64,000 nucleotides of DNA from Candidatus Helarchaeota archaeon (lineage in GTDB: Archaea; Asgardarchaeota; Lokiarchaeia; Helarchaeales; RDOG01), in contig JAHPZH010000005.1 in NCBI GenBank assembly GCA_019058315.1, positions 128,001-192,000 of the forward strand, read 5' to 3'. A program made the position numbers and the translations under genes. Of this stretch, positions 21,901-29,460 are shown in pieces. The notes beneath the pieces were generated by a model that worked only from the letters and a program-made list of their open reading frames with translations, was not told the origin of the DNA and did no database searches. Position 1 is the stretch's first letter; the number at the start of each line of letters is the position of its first letter.

Positions 21901-22271
21901 TCAATTGCAGAAATAGGCGTACCAAGAACTTTAACACCATATTTTTTAAAGATTCCTTTTTGCTTTAGCTCTACACCTACATTTAAGGCAGTTTGACCAC
22001 CAAATGCTAACATTATAGAATCAGGTTTTTCCTTTTTAATTACTTCTTCAACAAATTCAACTGTAATTGGTAATAAATATACAGTACCAGCCAGTCGGGG
22101 ATCGGTCTGAATAGTTGCAATATTTGGATTAATTAGAATGCATTCAATGCCCTCTTCACGAACAGCCTTTACAGCTTGACTTCCACTATAATCAAATTCT
22201 CCAGCTTGACCGATTTTGATGGCTCCTGAACCCACGACCAGAACTTTCTTTACCCAATCAAATTTAGGCAT
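18924..22271 (-). CDS. carB: Carbamoyl-phosphate synthase large subunit
   Basis: GSGAIKIGQAGEFDYSGSQA, NMENFDPMGIHTGES, SRSSALASKATGYPLA, second ATP-grasp half, C-terminal MGS domain. Confidence 0.98.
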   Translation of the reverse strand: MPKFDWVKKVLVVGSGAIKIGQAGEFDYSGSQAVKAVREEGIECILINPNIATIQTDPRLAGTVYLLPITVEFVEEVIKKEKPDSIMLAFGGQTALNVGVELKQKGIFKKYGVKVLGTPISAIEATEDRELFRQAMLKSNVEVAKSGSATSMEEALKIADEIGYPIMVRVAYTLGGKGSGVAHDEDELRQIVGTGLAQSMIHQVLIEEYLERPYWQEIEYEVVRDYADNCITVCNMENFDPMGIHTGESVVIAPSQTLTNKEYHELRAASIRVIRELGIVGECNIQYGMYSGPSDEFEFRAIEVNARLSRSSALASKATGYPLAYIAAKLALGYTLPELINRVTNVTTACFEPALDYLVVKIPRWDLQKFTGKVSRRIGTQMKSVGEVMAIGRNFEEAFQKAIRMLEIGKIGLVCNDGYDYSLEELKDILINPTDQRFLIIPDAMKAGMSIDEIFQLTGIDKWFLYKIKNIVDIEAWLKSLSLHSAPKELHKAIQKAKKYGFSDVQIAICLNTDEITIRRIRNKIDCSPVIKQIDTLAAEWPAQTNYLYATYGGKEDDLVFTNKQDFSKIIVLGSGTYRIGSSVEFDWGTVNIAWAFRDLGMKEVIIINYNPETVSTDYDMSDKLYFEEINFERVLDIYEKEYPRGVVVSVGGQVSNNLAPKLASTQQIYRTGRVEVIGTEGRDIDRAEDRSKFSKLLDELGIKQPKWSQLTTKDDAFKFANEVGYPILVRPSYVLSGAAMRVAYSKSQLKEYLDLAAMISKEFPVVISKYMEDAREVDVDGVCDGEDVFIGAVIEHIENAGVHSGDATMSIPPYTIPIAINNRIRKKTGQIAKALKIKGPFNIQYLVKDDEVYVIECNLRSSRSMPFVSKSKGVNLMTLAATVMLGQKLYEVTGFHNKPSSGIDFYGIKVPMFSFMRLSGADPVLGVEMASTGEAACYGETFHEALLKGLIATDLEVPIEKGNVLVTVGGELLKRQILPLVQKLHKLNFNIFATDHTAEVLEKNKIDVTILHKLSESEVKPNIRDYITNNKLDMIINIPTTKNVEKYLKVINDEYDIRRMAVEFNIPVLTNLQLAIALVDAIESIRRKGYTVSSLNEYLERLDWKFGFENNKNS

Positions 22272-23490
22272 TTAGACTCCTCCGTAATTCTTTAATATAA
22301 TTATCAATTAGATATTCTGCGTCCACAGGTCCAGGAGTGTGTTCAGGATGAAATTGAACAGAATAAGCAAACTGCTTTTCATGTTTTATCCCTTCATTTG
22401 TTTTATCATTGGCATTCATAAACCAAAGTTTAAGACCTGTTCCTTTCATTGACTCATTATCTACAGAAAAACCATGATTTTGAGTGGTGATATAACATCT
22501 ATCAGTCTCCAAATCTATTGCTGGTTGATTTTGAGAACGATGACCATATTTTAATTTGAAAGTCTTAGCCCCCATAGATAGCGCAAAAAGTTGATTACCT
22601 AAACAAATTCCCATAAAGGGTAATTTTTCTTCTAATATTAGAGTTCTTAATGTTTCAATCGTTTTTACACATTTAGCAGGATCTCCTGGTCCATTTGTAC
22701 AAAAAAGACCATTAGGCTCATATTTTAAAATTTCATCAGCTGAAGCATCATATGGAAATCTGATTATATCTGCTCCATTTTTTAACAAGACTTTTAAAAT
22801 ATTAAATTTCATTCCAGTATCAATCAAAGCAACTTTAATCTTGGAATCATTTTCATAAATAATCGGTTCCTGAATTGATACTTCCTTAACTAAATCTCGA
22901 TCATTGGGATCTTCAACATGTTTTACTTCTTTTTTTAACGCTTCGATATCTGGTTCTTCTCCCTTCTCACAAACCTGAACAATTCCTAACATAACTCCAT
23001 GAACTCTTAATTTCTTTGTCAATGCTCTTGTATCAATTTCTTCAATACCTGGAATGTTTTCTTTTTTTAACCATTCATCTAAACTCATTTTACTTTCCCA
23101 ATGGTTAGGTCTCTTACAAAGTTCGTGGATTATTAGAGCTGTTGGTTTGATTCCGTTTTTTATTTTTATATCCTCGTATTTTGGGGCATCATCACCTGGT
23201 TTTATTATCGAAAAATCACTCTCAAAAAAATCAGGGATATTCCATTTATCTCTCTTATTAGGATCGGGTACACCATAATTACCAATTAAGGGATATGTTA
23301 AAGTTAAAATTTGACCTTGATATGATGGATCAGTTAAACTTTCTGGATATCCTACCATTCCAGTATTAAAAACAACCTCACCAGATATTTTTTTAGAAGC
23401 TCCGAAACCAATACCTTCGAAAACCGTACCATCGCTTAGAATTAATACGGCTTGCCTACTATTTGCATCTTCATCTAGCATACAAATCAT
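22264..23490 (-). CDS. carA: Carbamoyl-phosphate synthase small subunit
   Basis: GEVVFNTGMVGYPESLTDPSY, GICLGNQ nucleophile, QFHPE; overlaps the carB start. Confidence 0.98.
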   Translation of the reverse strand: MICMLDEDANSRQAVLILSDGTVFEGIGFGASKKISGEVVFNTGMVGYPESLTDPSYQGQILTLTYPLIGNYGVPDPNKRDKWNIPDFFESDFSIIKPGDDAPKYEDIKIKNGIKPTALIIHELCKRPNHWESKMSLDEWLKKENIPGIEEIDTRALTKKLRVHGVMLGIVQVCEKGEEPDIEALKKEVKHVEDPNDRDLVKEVSIQEPIIYENDSKIKVALIDTGMKFNILKVLLKNGADIIRFPYDASADEILKYEPNGLFCTNGPGDPAKCVKTIETLRTLILEEKLPFMGICLGNQLFALSMGAKTFKLKYGHRSQNQPAIDLETDRCYITTQNHGFSVDNESMKGTGLKLWFMNANDKTNEGIKHEKQFAYSVQFHPEHTPGPVDAEYLIDNYIKELRRSLNA

Positions 23491-23566
23491 TTTTAAAATG
23501 ATAATTTTTTAAAAAAAAGAATTCGTTATAGATAGAACTAATTTTATAATATAACGAATGATACTT

Positions 23567-24295
23567 CTATTCTAATTCTTCAGGAATAATAAAGCATTGG
23601 ACTGTTAATAGGCAAAATATTGTCATAAATGCTTGCCATTCATAAAATGGGGACGATAAATAAAATGGTGTAATTGGATTAGGGATAAAGCGACCAGTTC
23701 TATTAGTCGGAGCGAGAATTACCCATAATAATCCACAAATTAGGCAATATATTAAAAATGAAAGGTAAATAACTAATAAAATCTTAGAAAACGTAATGGT
23801 TTTGCCCTCTGATAGATTATTTTTTAACATTAGAATTGCAGAAAAAAATGACATAAGAAAAAACCCTAAAAAAATAAATCCTGCATTTATAAGATGGATA
23901 AGCTTAAATATACTCGGTTCATAAAAGTTTGGGATTAATCCAATGAGTATTGAGCCAATTGAATATGTAAAGAAAAGAAATGCTATTAACTTTGCGTCAA
24001 ACTTGTTTATTTTAGAATATTTTTTATATATATATTGGATGATAGGTAATGTTAAAATTCCCAATGAAATAAAACCTAAACTAAAAAAAATAAATCCAAT
24101 TGGGTTTTCTTCAGGCCACCCCAATCGGCTTATCATAGAAGTCGTCCAGTTATACGGATAAATCGGAATATAAGGGTATAATAATCTCGCCATAAATAAA
24201 AAAAATAGAAATGTTCCAATTATGAAGGGTACATAATAATACGTAAGACTTTTTTTTGAAATCATCCCTTGAAAAATTTCTTTTAATTTCGGCAT
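23567..24295 (-). CDS. DUF998 / Frag1-DRAM-Sfk1-like polytopic membrane protein
   Basis: Likely start is ATG 24295 (MPKLKEIF), 1 nt after the GTPase stop; the ORF-track extension overlaps the GTPase. About 6 TM segments with family-like motifs MISRLG, IHLINA and FYEW. Confidence 0.65.
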   Translation of the reverse strand: MPKLKEIFQGMISKKSLTYYYVPFIIGTFLFFLFMARLLYPYIPIYPYNWTTSMISRLGWPEENPIGFIFFSLGFISLGILTLPIIQYIYKKYSKINKFDAKLIAFLFFTYSIGSILIGLIPNFYEPSIFKLIHLINAGFIFLGFFLMSFFSAILMLKNNLSEGKTITFSKILLVIYLSFLIYCLICGLLWVILAPTNRTGRFIPNPITPFYLSSPFYEWQAFMTIFCLLTVQCFIIPEELE

Positions 24296-24296
24296 A

Positions 24297-24839
24297 TCAA
24301 ATTCCTTTATGTATTGATTTTTGCCAATATTCAAATGCAAGTTTAGCCAATTCATTAAAAGCCTCCTCCACACCTTGACCTTCTTTGGCTGATGTTTCAA
24401 TATAGGGACAAGGAACTTGGTCTGCAAAAGATTTTGCATCTTTTTCACGTATAGTCCTCATAATCTCCAGATCCACTTTATTTCCAATGAGAACTATGGG
24501 AATCCTCCCTGTAAAGCTCCAAAGATCCTTTATCCATTTAAGAATATTAGGACTGAATGTTGTATAACGAGTTAAATCAAAGACAACTAAAGCTCCTGAA
24601 GCTTCTTTATAAAATGCTTGGCGTATAAATTTAAATCTTTCTTGTCCTGCAATATCCCAAATGGAGAGAGTTATTTGATTCTCGCCATTATTGAGGGATA
24701 CATCCTTCACAAAGAGGTCACAACCTACAGTCATCTTATATTCCTTTTGAAAGACATCATTGACGAATCTTTTAATCATAGTGGTTTTTCCAACAGCTGC
24801 ATCCCCTATCAATAAAATTTTAAATTTATATCTTACCAT
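24297..24839 (-). CDS. Rab-like small GTPase (Ras superfamily)
   Basis: Likely start ATG 24839 (MVRYKFK). G1 GDAAVGKT, G2 YKMTVG, G3 WDIAGQERF, G4 NKVD, G5 ETSAK; RabF-like VGCDL, TLSIW, RFKFIR, FYKEA, VVFDLT. No C-terminal Cys. Confidence 0.95.
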   Translation of the reverse strand: MVRYKFKILLIGDAAVGKTTMIKRFVNDVFQKEYKMTVGCDLFVKDVSLNNGENQITLSIWDIAGQERFKFIRQAFYKEASGALVVFDLTRYTTFSPNILKWIKDLWSFTGRIPIVLIGNKVDLEIMRTIREKDAKSFADQVPCPYIETSAKEGQGVEEAFNELAKLAFEYWQKSIHKGI

Positions 24840-24855
24840 TTTAAATACTCGATTT

Positions 24856-26127
24856 TTATTTTTTCTTCGTTGAAAATGCAGCATAAGCTTTTAAATATAC
24901 TTTAACCGGGATTATTTTTGGATTACGTCTAAAACTAGCCGGAATTTGAGCACCACAGCGAGAACATAAATCAGAACTTCTAAGCCAATCTTTAAATGCG
25001 TCTGCATGGGCAGGATGTTTACAATTAGGGCATAAGATTATACCCCTTCCTTTATCTGAAGGTTTAGGTAATTGAAAACAGAATATGCATTTAAAATCCT
25101 CAACGGTTATTACTCCTGCTACTGGCAATAATTCTTTTAATTTTCGACTAATTTGAGGCTTTTTTTTCTGATCAGGCACTTGAACACGGGATTGCCTTTG
25201 AACTCTTGTAATTCGAACTGTGGGTTTTTGGCGACGAGGTCTTGATACAGTAACAGTGGGCTTTTGACTAGGGCGACGATTTGTTGGAATATTTGATCTT
25301 GGTCTAATAGGGGTTCTCCTTCGTGTAGTTGGGATATTAAAATCCCTTAATTGTGGAGGAGGTCTCATTTCTGTAGTTATCTCTGGCATAGTATAGGGTG
25401 CAGTTGATTTCCCATACCTAATTGATAAAATTAATGAATAAATACATAAGAAAATTACAATTAAACTAGGATTTTGGTGAGTAGGTTTCAATGGAAAATA
25501 AAAAAAGTCAATATAATAATAAAAAAGGATAAGATAGACAAATTCAACCATAAATATATAAAAAGTACATAGATTTCCAAACTTTCTACCAGTTGTCGAT
25601 TTTTGGCCTATATGGACTACGTGATATTTTTTAAAACATGAATATAGTGAATATAAAGAATAAAGAAAGTAGGGAGCGGCAAATATAATATTCCATGTAC
25701 TCAAATATAATTCGCTCCCAGTCAAGATATTCCATTCCAGAATATTAGTAAAATTACCCCACAAGCTAAATAACATTCCCATAGATAGCGTGCCGGAAAT
25801 GAAAAAAGAAGTATTATGTGGTGAATTGAATTCACGGTGGTATTTTATTAATGAGAAAAATTTGATAGTAAAACAAAACCAAAATCCTATCAATAACCAA
25901 GAAATAAACAGAGCGGAAACATTTCCGATAGCTCTATTAAATTCTAAAGAAAAATAAAGAATATATACAAACACATTTATTGTATTTAAATTGAAATAAT
26001 CATAAATTATCATAAAAGCTAGAAATGTGAGATAATCGTTCTTCGATACAATTAAAGAAGTGGTATTTATTACCGCAATTATTAAAAAAAGCAAAAATAT
26101 GATAAAATACCATCGTTTTTTAACCAA
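24856..26127 (-). CDS. Polytopic membrane protein with C-terminal RING(-H2-like) finger; putative membrane E3 ligase
   Basis: About 6-7 TM helices (aa ~5-240), an Arg/Pro/Thr-rich linker, then CIFC-x15-CPNCKHPAHADAFKDWLRSSDLCSRC with the RING Trp. Confidence 0.82.
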   Translation of the reverse strand: MVKKRWYFIIFLLFLIIAVINTTSLIVSKNDYLTFLAFMIIYDYFNLNTINVFVYILYFSLEFNRAIGNVSALFISWLLIGFWFCFTIKFFSLIKYHREFNSPHNTSFFISGTLSMGMLFSLWGNFTNILEWNILTGSELYLSTWNIIFAAPYFLYSLYSLYSCFKKYHVVHIGQKSTTGRKFGNLCTFYIFMVEFVYLILFYYYIDFFYFPLKPTHQNPSLIVIFLCIYSLILSIRYGKSTAPYTMPEITTEMRPPPQLRDFNIPTTRRRTPIRPRSNIPTNRRPSQKPTVTVSRPRRQKPTVRITRVQRQSRVQVPDQKKKPQISRKLKELLPVAGVITVEDFKCIFCFQLPKPSDKGRGIILCPNCKHPAHADAFKDWLRSSDLCSRCGAQIPASFRRNPKIIPVKVYLKAYAAFSTKKK

Positions 26128-26164
26128 GAAATAAATACCACCAGGGATTTATTAGCATTATCAT

Positions 26165-26968
26165 TTACTCTTCATCATATTCAAGATATATCGCTTTTCC
26201 CTCGATAATCGGGTCTATAAACTTCAGTAGATCGGGTAATATTTTAGCACTTAATGCACCTTTTACTTCGAAAGGAACAGCAAACCATTTTCTAGTTTTC
26301 AAGTTTGCCTTAAAAATATTAAATCCAAATGAAGTTCCATCAATCATGTATGGGTCAATTACAAGAGCAATAGATTTTTTCCATAGTCTTTGATATCTAC
26401 TTTGAGTACCAAAATCTTCTGTGCTCATAAAAAGACCGTAGGATGGGTGTGAATGATACCACCCACATATAAATAAATTTCTGTTTCTTATATCATTAAA
26501 TGCCCTTACGTAATTTTTATAGTCCTTAATTTCAGCATATATGGCCGAACCGTGCCCCATTGGATAGGCATCTTCTATATGGAGCGCTTTACCGTTTTCT
26601 AATTTTCCAGCTAAAAGCCCTATTACTTCAACCCATTCATCCCTAGGAATGTTAGAATTAGCATATTTAAGTGCATGACTAGCAATTTTTAGAACTGATC
26701 CGACTGAAATTTGGATAATATCTGCACTTTTTGAAACTTCGATAGGGAGCGGTTTTTCAACTGATTTTTCAATAATAACAGTCTTTTTCTTTGTAGGTTT
26801 AGAAATATCTATAGTAGGTTCCTTTTCCTCAGATTTTAATTCGGTATATATTTCCTCAAGTAACTCTTTTTTTAACTCTTCTTTAATTTTCTTTTTAAAT
26901 GCTCTTACATCAATATGCTTGCTATTAGCATCATTATTATTATCCATTAAAAATCCTCTTTTTACCAT
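26165..26968 (-). CDS. JAB1/MPN+ (JAMM) metalloprotease, Rpn11/CSN5-like deubiquitylase
   Basis: EVIGLLAG, GWYHSHPSYGLFMSTEDFGTQ (HxH-x7-S-x2-D), ALVIDP; short charged N-terminal helix. Confidence 0.94.
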   Translation of the reverse strand: MVKRGFLMDNNNDANSKHIDVRAFKKKIKEELKKELLEEIYTELKSEEKEPTIDISKPTKKKTVIIEKSVEKPLPIEVSKSADIIQISVGSVLKIASHALKYANSNIPRDEWVEVIGLLAGKLENGKALHIEDAYPMGHGSAIYAEIKDYKNYVRAFNDIRNRNLFICGWYHSHPSYGLFMSTEDFGTQSRYQRLWKKSIALVIDPYMIDGTSFGFNIFKANLKTRKWFAVPFEVKGALSAKILPDLLKFIDPIIEGKAIYLEYDEE

Positions 26969-27489
26969 TTTTTATTAGCATACTTTTTAACTAAATGTTT
27001 TACTTTCTTATCGAACTCTTTAGGATCCTTCATCATTTCAACTGCTGCTTTTTTATTGAACACATCAGTTGGATTAATGAATTTTCCTCTCGTATTCAAC
27101 ATAGCTATAATTGCCTCTACAACAGTAACTGCAGTCTTTGAAGGACTCCAACCACCTTTTTTACCTATATAATTTGGATCAATAAGCGCAAGGCAAATAT
27201 TTCTTTGTCCTGGATATTCATGAGGTTTTGGCCAAAAATTGGGGTGCCATAAACCTGTATGCATACGTACAAATGGAGGATGTCGTGGATATTCAGCGGG
27301 AAATCTCAATTCAAGTCTAAAAAGACCTCCTTGATAGGGAGTTTTCTTAGGTCCTTTTATAGTTATGGCAAGATGATCAAGACTTTTTCTTTTAGGGTTG
27401 AATGGTTTTAACTGAACGATACTTCCAGTTTTTAATAATTTTTTTAGTTGTGCAACATCTTGAGAGATTCGACTGCTTCTTAAACTCAT
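26962..27489 (-). CDS. Ubiquitin-conjugating enzyme E2
   Basis: IKGPKKTPYQGGLFRLELRFPAEYPRHPPFV, WHPN, active-site NICL, WSPS; SD AAGGTGA upstream. Confidence 0.96.
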   Translation of the reverse strand: MSLRSSRISQDVAQLKKLLKTGSIVQLKPFNPKRKSLDHLAITIKGPKKTPYQGGLFRLELRFPAEYPRHPPFVRMHTGLWHPNFWPKPHEYPGQRNICLALIDPNYIGKKGGWSPSKTAVTVVEAIIAMLNTRGKFINPTDVFNKKAAVEMMKDPKEFDKKVKHLVKKYANKKW

Positions 27490-27622
27490 TTTATCACCTT
27501 ATTTTTCTATTAAGATTTTCTAAATTATTTAAATTATTAAAAATTTTCATTAAATTTATAATTTGTTTTATATTTTCACCTAAATAATTCAAATAAAAAT
27601 TAAAATTATACATTTTTTCTCA

Positions 27623-28843
27623 TCATGTGATAACTAAAGTTATAAAAATTTCTCCACCCTTAAATCCGACAGCAGTAATAAGTTCTAGTTGTCTTAAGTC
27701 ATTTTTTTTCGGTGTTAGGTCTAAATCAATTTCTTTTACCATATCGAAATCCATTATTGTTAACATCGGTTCCATTTCTGGGTCGGGTTTAAAGCCTTTA
27801 TTTATTAGCAAATTAATAATATCATGCATTGGAGCTTTATGGTGGATATTAAGTTTCACACGCCTAACATCATTACTACATTGAATACAATTTGGATTTC
27901 TCTTTTTTTCAATGGAATAAAATTTCATTGTCATACCATTATAAATAACATAAGATTTAATTGGTTCTCCTAATTTCTTATTTCCTGCAATCCAATTTAA
28001 AATTTTAATTGTTTCATGTGACTGGAGAGATGCAATCACTGCATTAATGGTTATTATCCCCGGATCATGCCTATCCAAAAGTTTAACTACTTCGGATTGA
28101 GTAAATAGGGGTAAAAAATTAAATTTTTTTACAAGTTCATTTGCTTCCTTTCGAATGAAGTTAATCTCCTTACTTTTTTTTGGGTCAGGATCTCGATTAT
28201 ATTTTTCATTAAAAAACATAGTGGATTTAATCACACAATGAACTCTTTTTCTAGGTATTCCTACAACAGTACAAGCTGCCATTTCATCCATTTCTGAAGG
28301 AGGGGGTGGATAACATTCGAAACAAGCATTTTCATATGGAAATATTGTATATACATGACCATTATATCCAGAGACACCGCCATCAAGAAGTGGCTTATTA
28401 AAACGTACACATTGTGCATTTAAATTGAGTCTAGCATTTATTGAGTCCAATCCACCAACAACAACATCAGCTGCTGCGTAAACTTCCGGTTCAAGTCTTT
28501 CGAGTGAAGTATGATAACTTTTAATTGTAATATTGGGATTAATTTTTTTCAATTTCTTCATAGCGGCTGTTGCTTTGGGCTCACCCATTTTAGCATCAGA
28601 AAATAAAATTTGTCTATTTAGATTAGAGTATTCTATTATATCCAAATCCACAAGATCGAGATGACCAACTCCCAACATTGCCAGATTTTTAGCAACTTCG
28701 CACCCAAGACCTCCTACACCCGCAATTAACACTCTTGAATCTTTAATTATTTTTTGTCTCCAGCCAGCAAGCCTAAATTGACGGTTATATAATTCTCTTT
28801 CTTGTGAATTTAATTCTTTGTTAAAAAAATCAGATTCATCCAT
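27623..28843 (-). CDS. Ubiquitin-like activating enzyme E1 (Uba2/Uba3-type)
   Basis: YNRQ, GVGGLGCE, VDLDIIEYSNLNRQILF, Zn pairs CFEC/CIQC, catalytic ACTVVGIPRKRVHC like Uba2/Uba3 CT-x4-P-x4-HC; ~80-aa C-terminal domain (possible UFD). Confidence 0.95.
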   Translation of the reverse strand: MDESDFFNKELNSQERELYNRQFRLAGWRQKIIKDSRVLIAGVGGLGCEVAKNLAMLGVGHLDLVDLDIIEYSNLNRQILFSDAKMGEPKATAAMKKLKKINPNITIKSYHTSLERLEPEVYAAADVVVGGLDSINARLNLNAQCVRFNKPLLDGGVSGYNGHVYTIFPYENACFECYPPPPSEMDEMAACTVVGIPRKRVHCVIKSTMFFNEKYNRDPDPKKSKEINFIRKEANELVKKFNFLPLFTQSEVVKLLDRHDPGIITINAVIASLQSHETIKILNWIAGNKKLGEPIKSYVIYNGMTMKFYSIEKKRNPNCIQCSNDVRRVKLNIHHKAPMHDIINLLINKGFKPDPEMEPMLTIMDFDMVKEIDLDLTPKKNDLRQLELITAVGFKGGEIFITLVIT

Positions 28844-28976
28844 TTTTTACACCAATTTTTAGATAGATAACTCATCTCAATAATATCAATTTTATTAAAA
28901 AAAAAGGTTGAAAGAAAGTAATTTTAGATTTAAAAAGTAATAATTTTTTATATTTAAGTTACAATAGAATTTAGTT

Positions 28977-29330
28977 TTACCCTGCTGTGCTAGCGGGAAT
29001 AAGAAGTACAGTGTCTCCGTCTTTTACATTATAGTCCATTAAAGGACTTGCGTCATCCATTGTGACTCCACCAAATGATAAGTGAAAATCACCTGGATTT
29101 AACCCAAATAGATTTCCTACAGTTTGCTTAATGGCACTAATATTATTGCCAGTATCTACCATTAATTTTTGCTTTTTCTCGCCCGGTCCAATCGTACTCA
29201 TAAAGAAAAGATTAACTTGATCACCACTAACTCCCGCTTTTGGTGTTTTAGATGCTATACCAGGACTTTTAGATGATGGTTCTTCTAATTCTTCATCAAA
29301 ATCTTCTGATTCCTCTAACATATTTAACAT
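28977..29330 (-). CDS. Ubiquitin-like modifier with acidic disordered N-terminal extension and C-terminal -AG
   Basis: FHLSFGGVTMDDASPLMDYNVKDGDTVLLIPASTAG aligns with ubiquitin [36 protein letters not shown]; first gene of the E1-E2 cluster. Confidence 0.9.
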   Translation of the reverse strand: MLNMLEESEDFDEELEEPSSKSPGIASKTPKAGVSGDQVNLFFMSTIGPGEKKQKLMVDTGNNISAIKQTVGNLFGLNPGDFHLSFGGVTMDDASPLMDYNVKDGDTVLLIPASTAG

Positions 29331-29460
29331 CTCATATTTTTTTAAAAAATTCTTTATAATAACCTTATGTGAAATGTTTATTTTTAACCTTTATCTTTGC
29401 GGTAATATCAAACATTTTATATGAATATTAGATTCTAAGGTTTAACTATCAATTCTTTCA

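Noticed and set aside
24296-24448. ORF-track N-terminal extension of the DUF998-like gene (and 24840-24884 of the GTPase)
   Set aside because: They overlap upstream genes in another frame; downstream ATGs at 24295 and 24839 give normal operon spacing and domain starts
6621-24839. Idea that the prenyltransferase-barrel protein prenylates the Rab-like GTPase
   Set aside because: The GTPase has no C-terminal Cys, catalytic Zn ligands are not evident, no alpha subunit is adjacent, and the genes are ~14 kb apart
26165-29330. Interpretation as a sulfur-carrier (ThiS/MoaD/SAMP) or bacterial Bil/CBASS-type defence locus
   Set aside because: Presence of a eukaryote-type E2, a RING protein and a Uba2/3-type E1; no thiamine/Moco genes, CD-NTase or defence-island context
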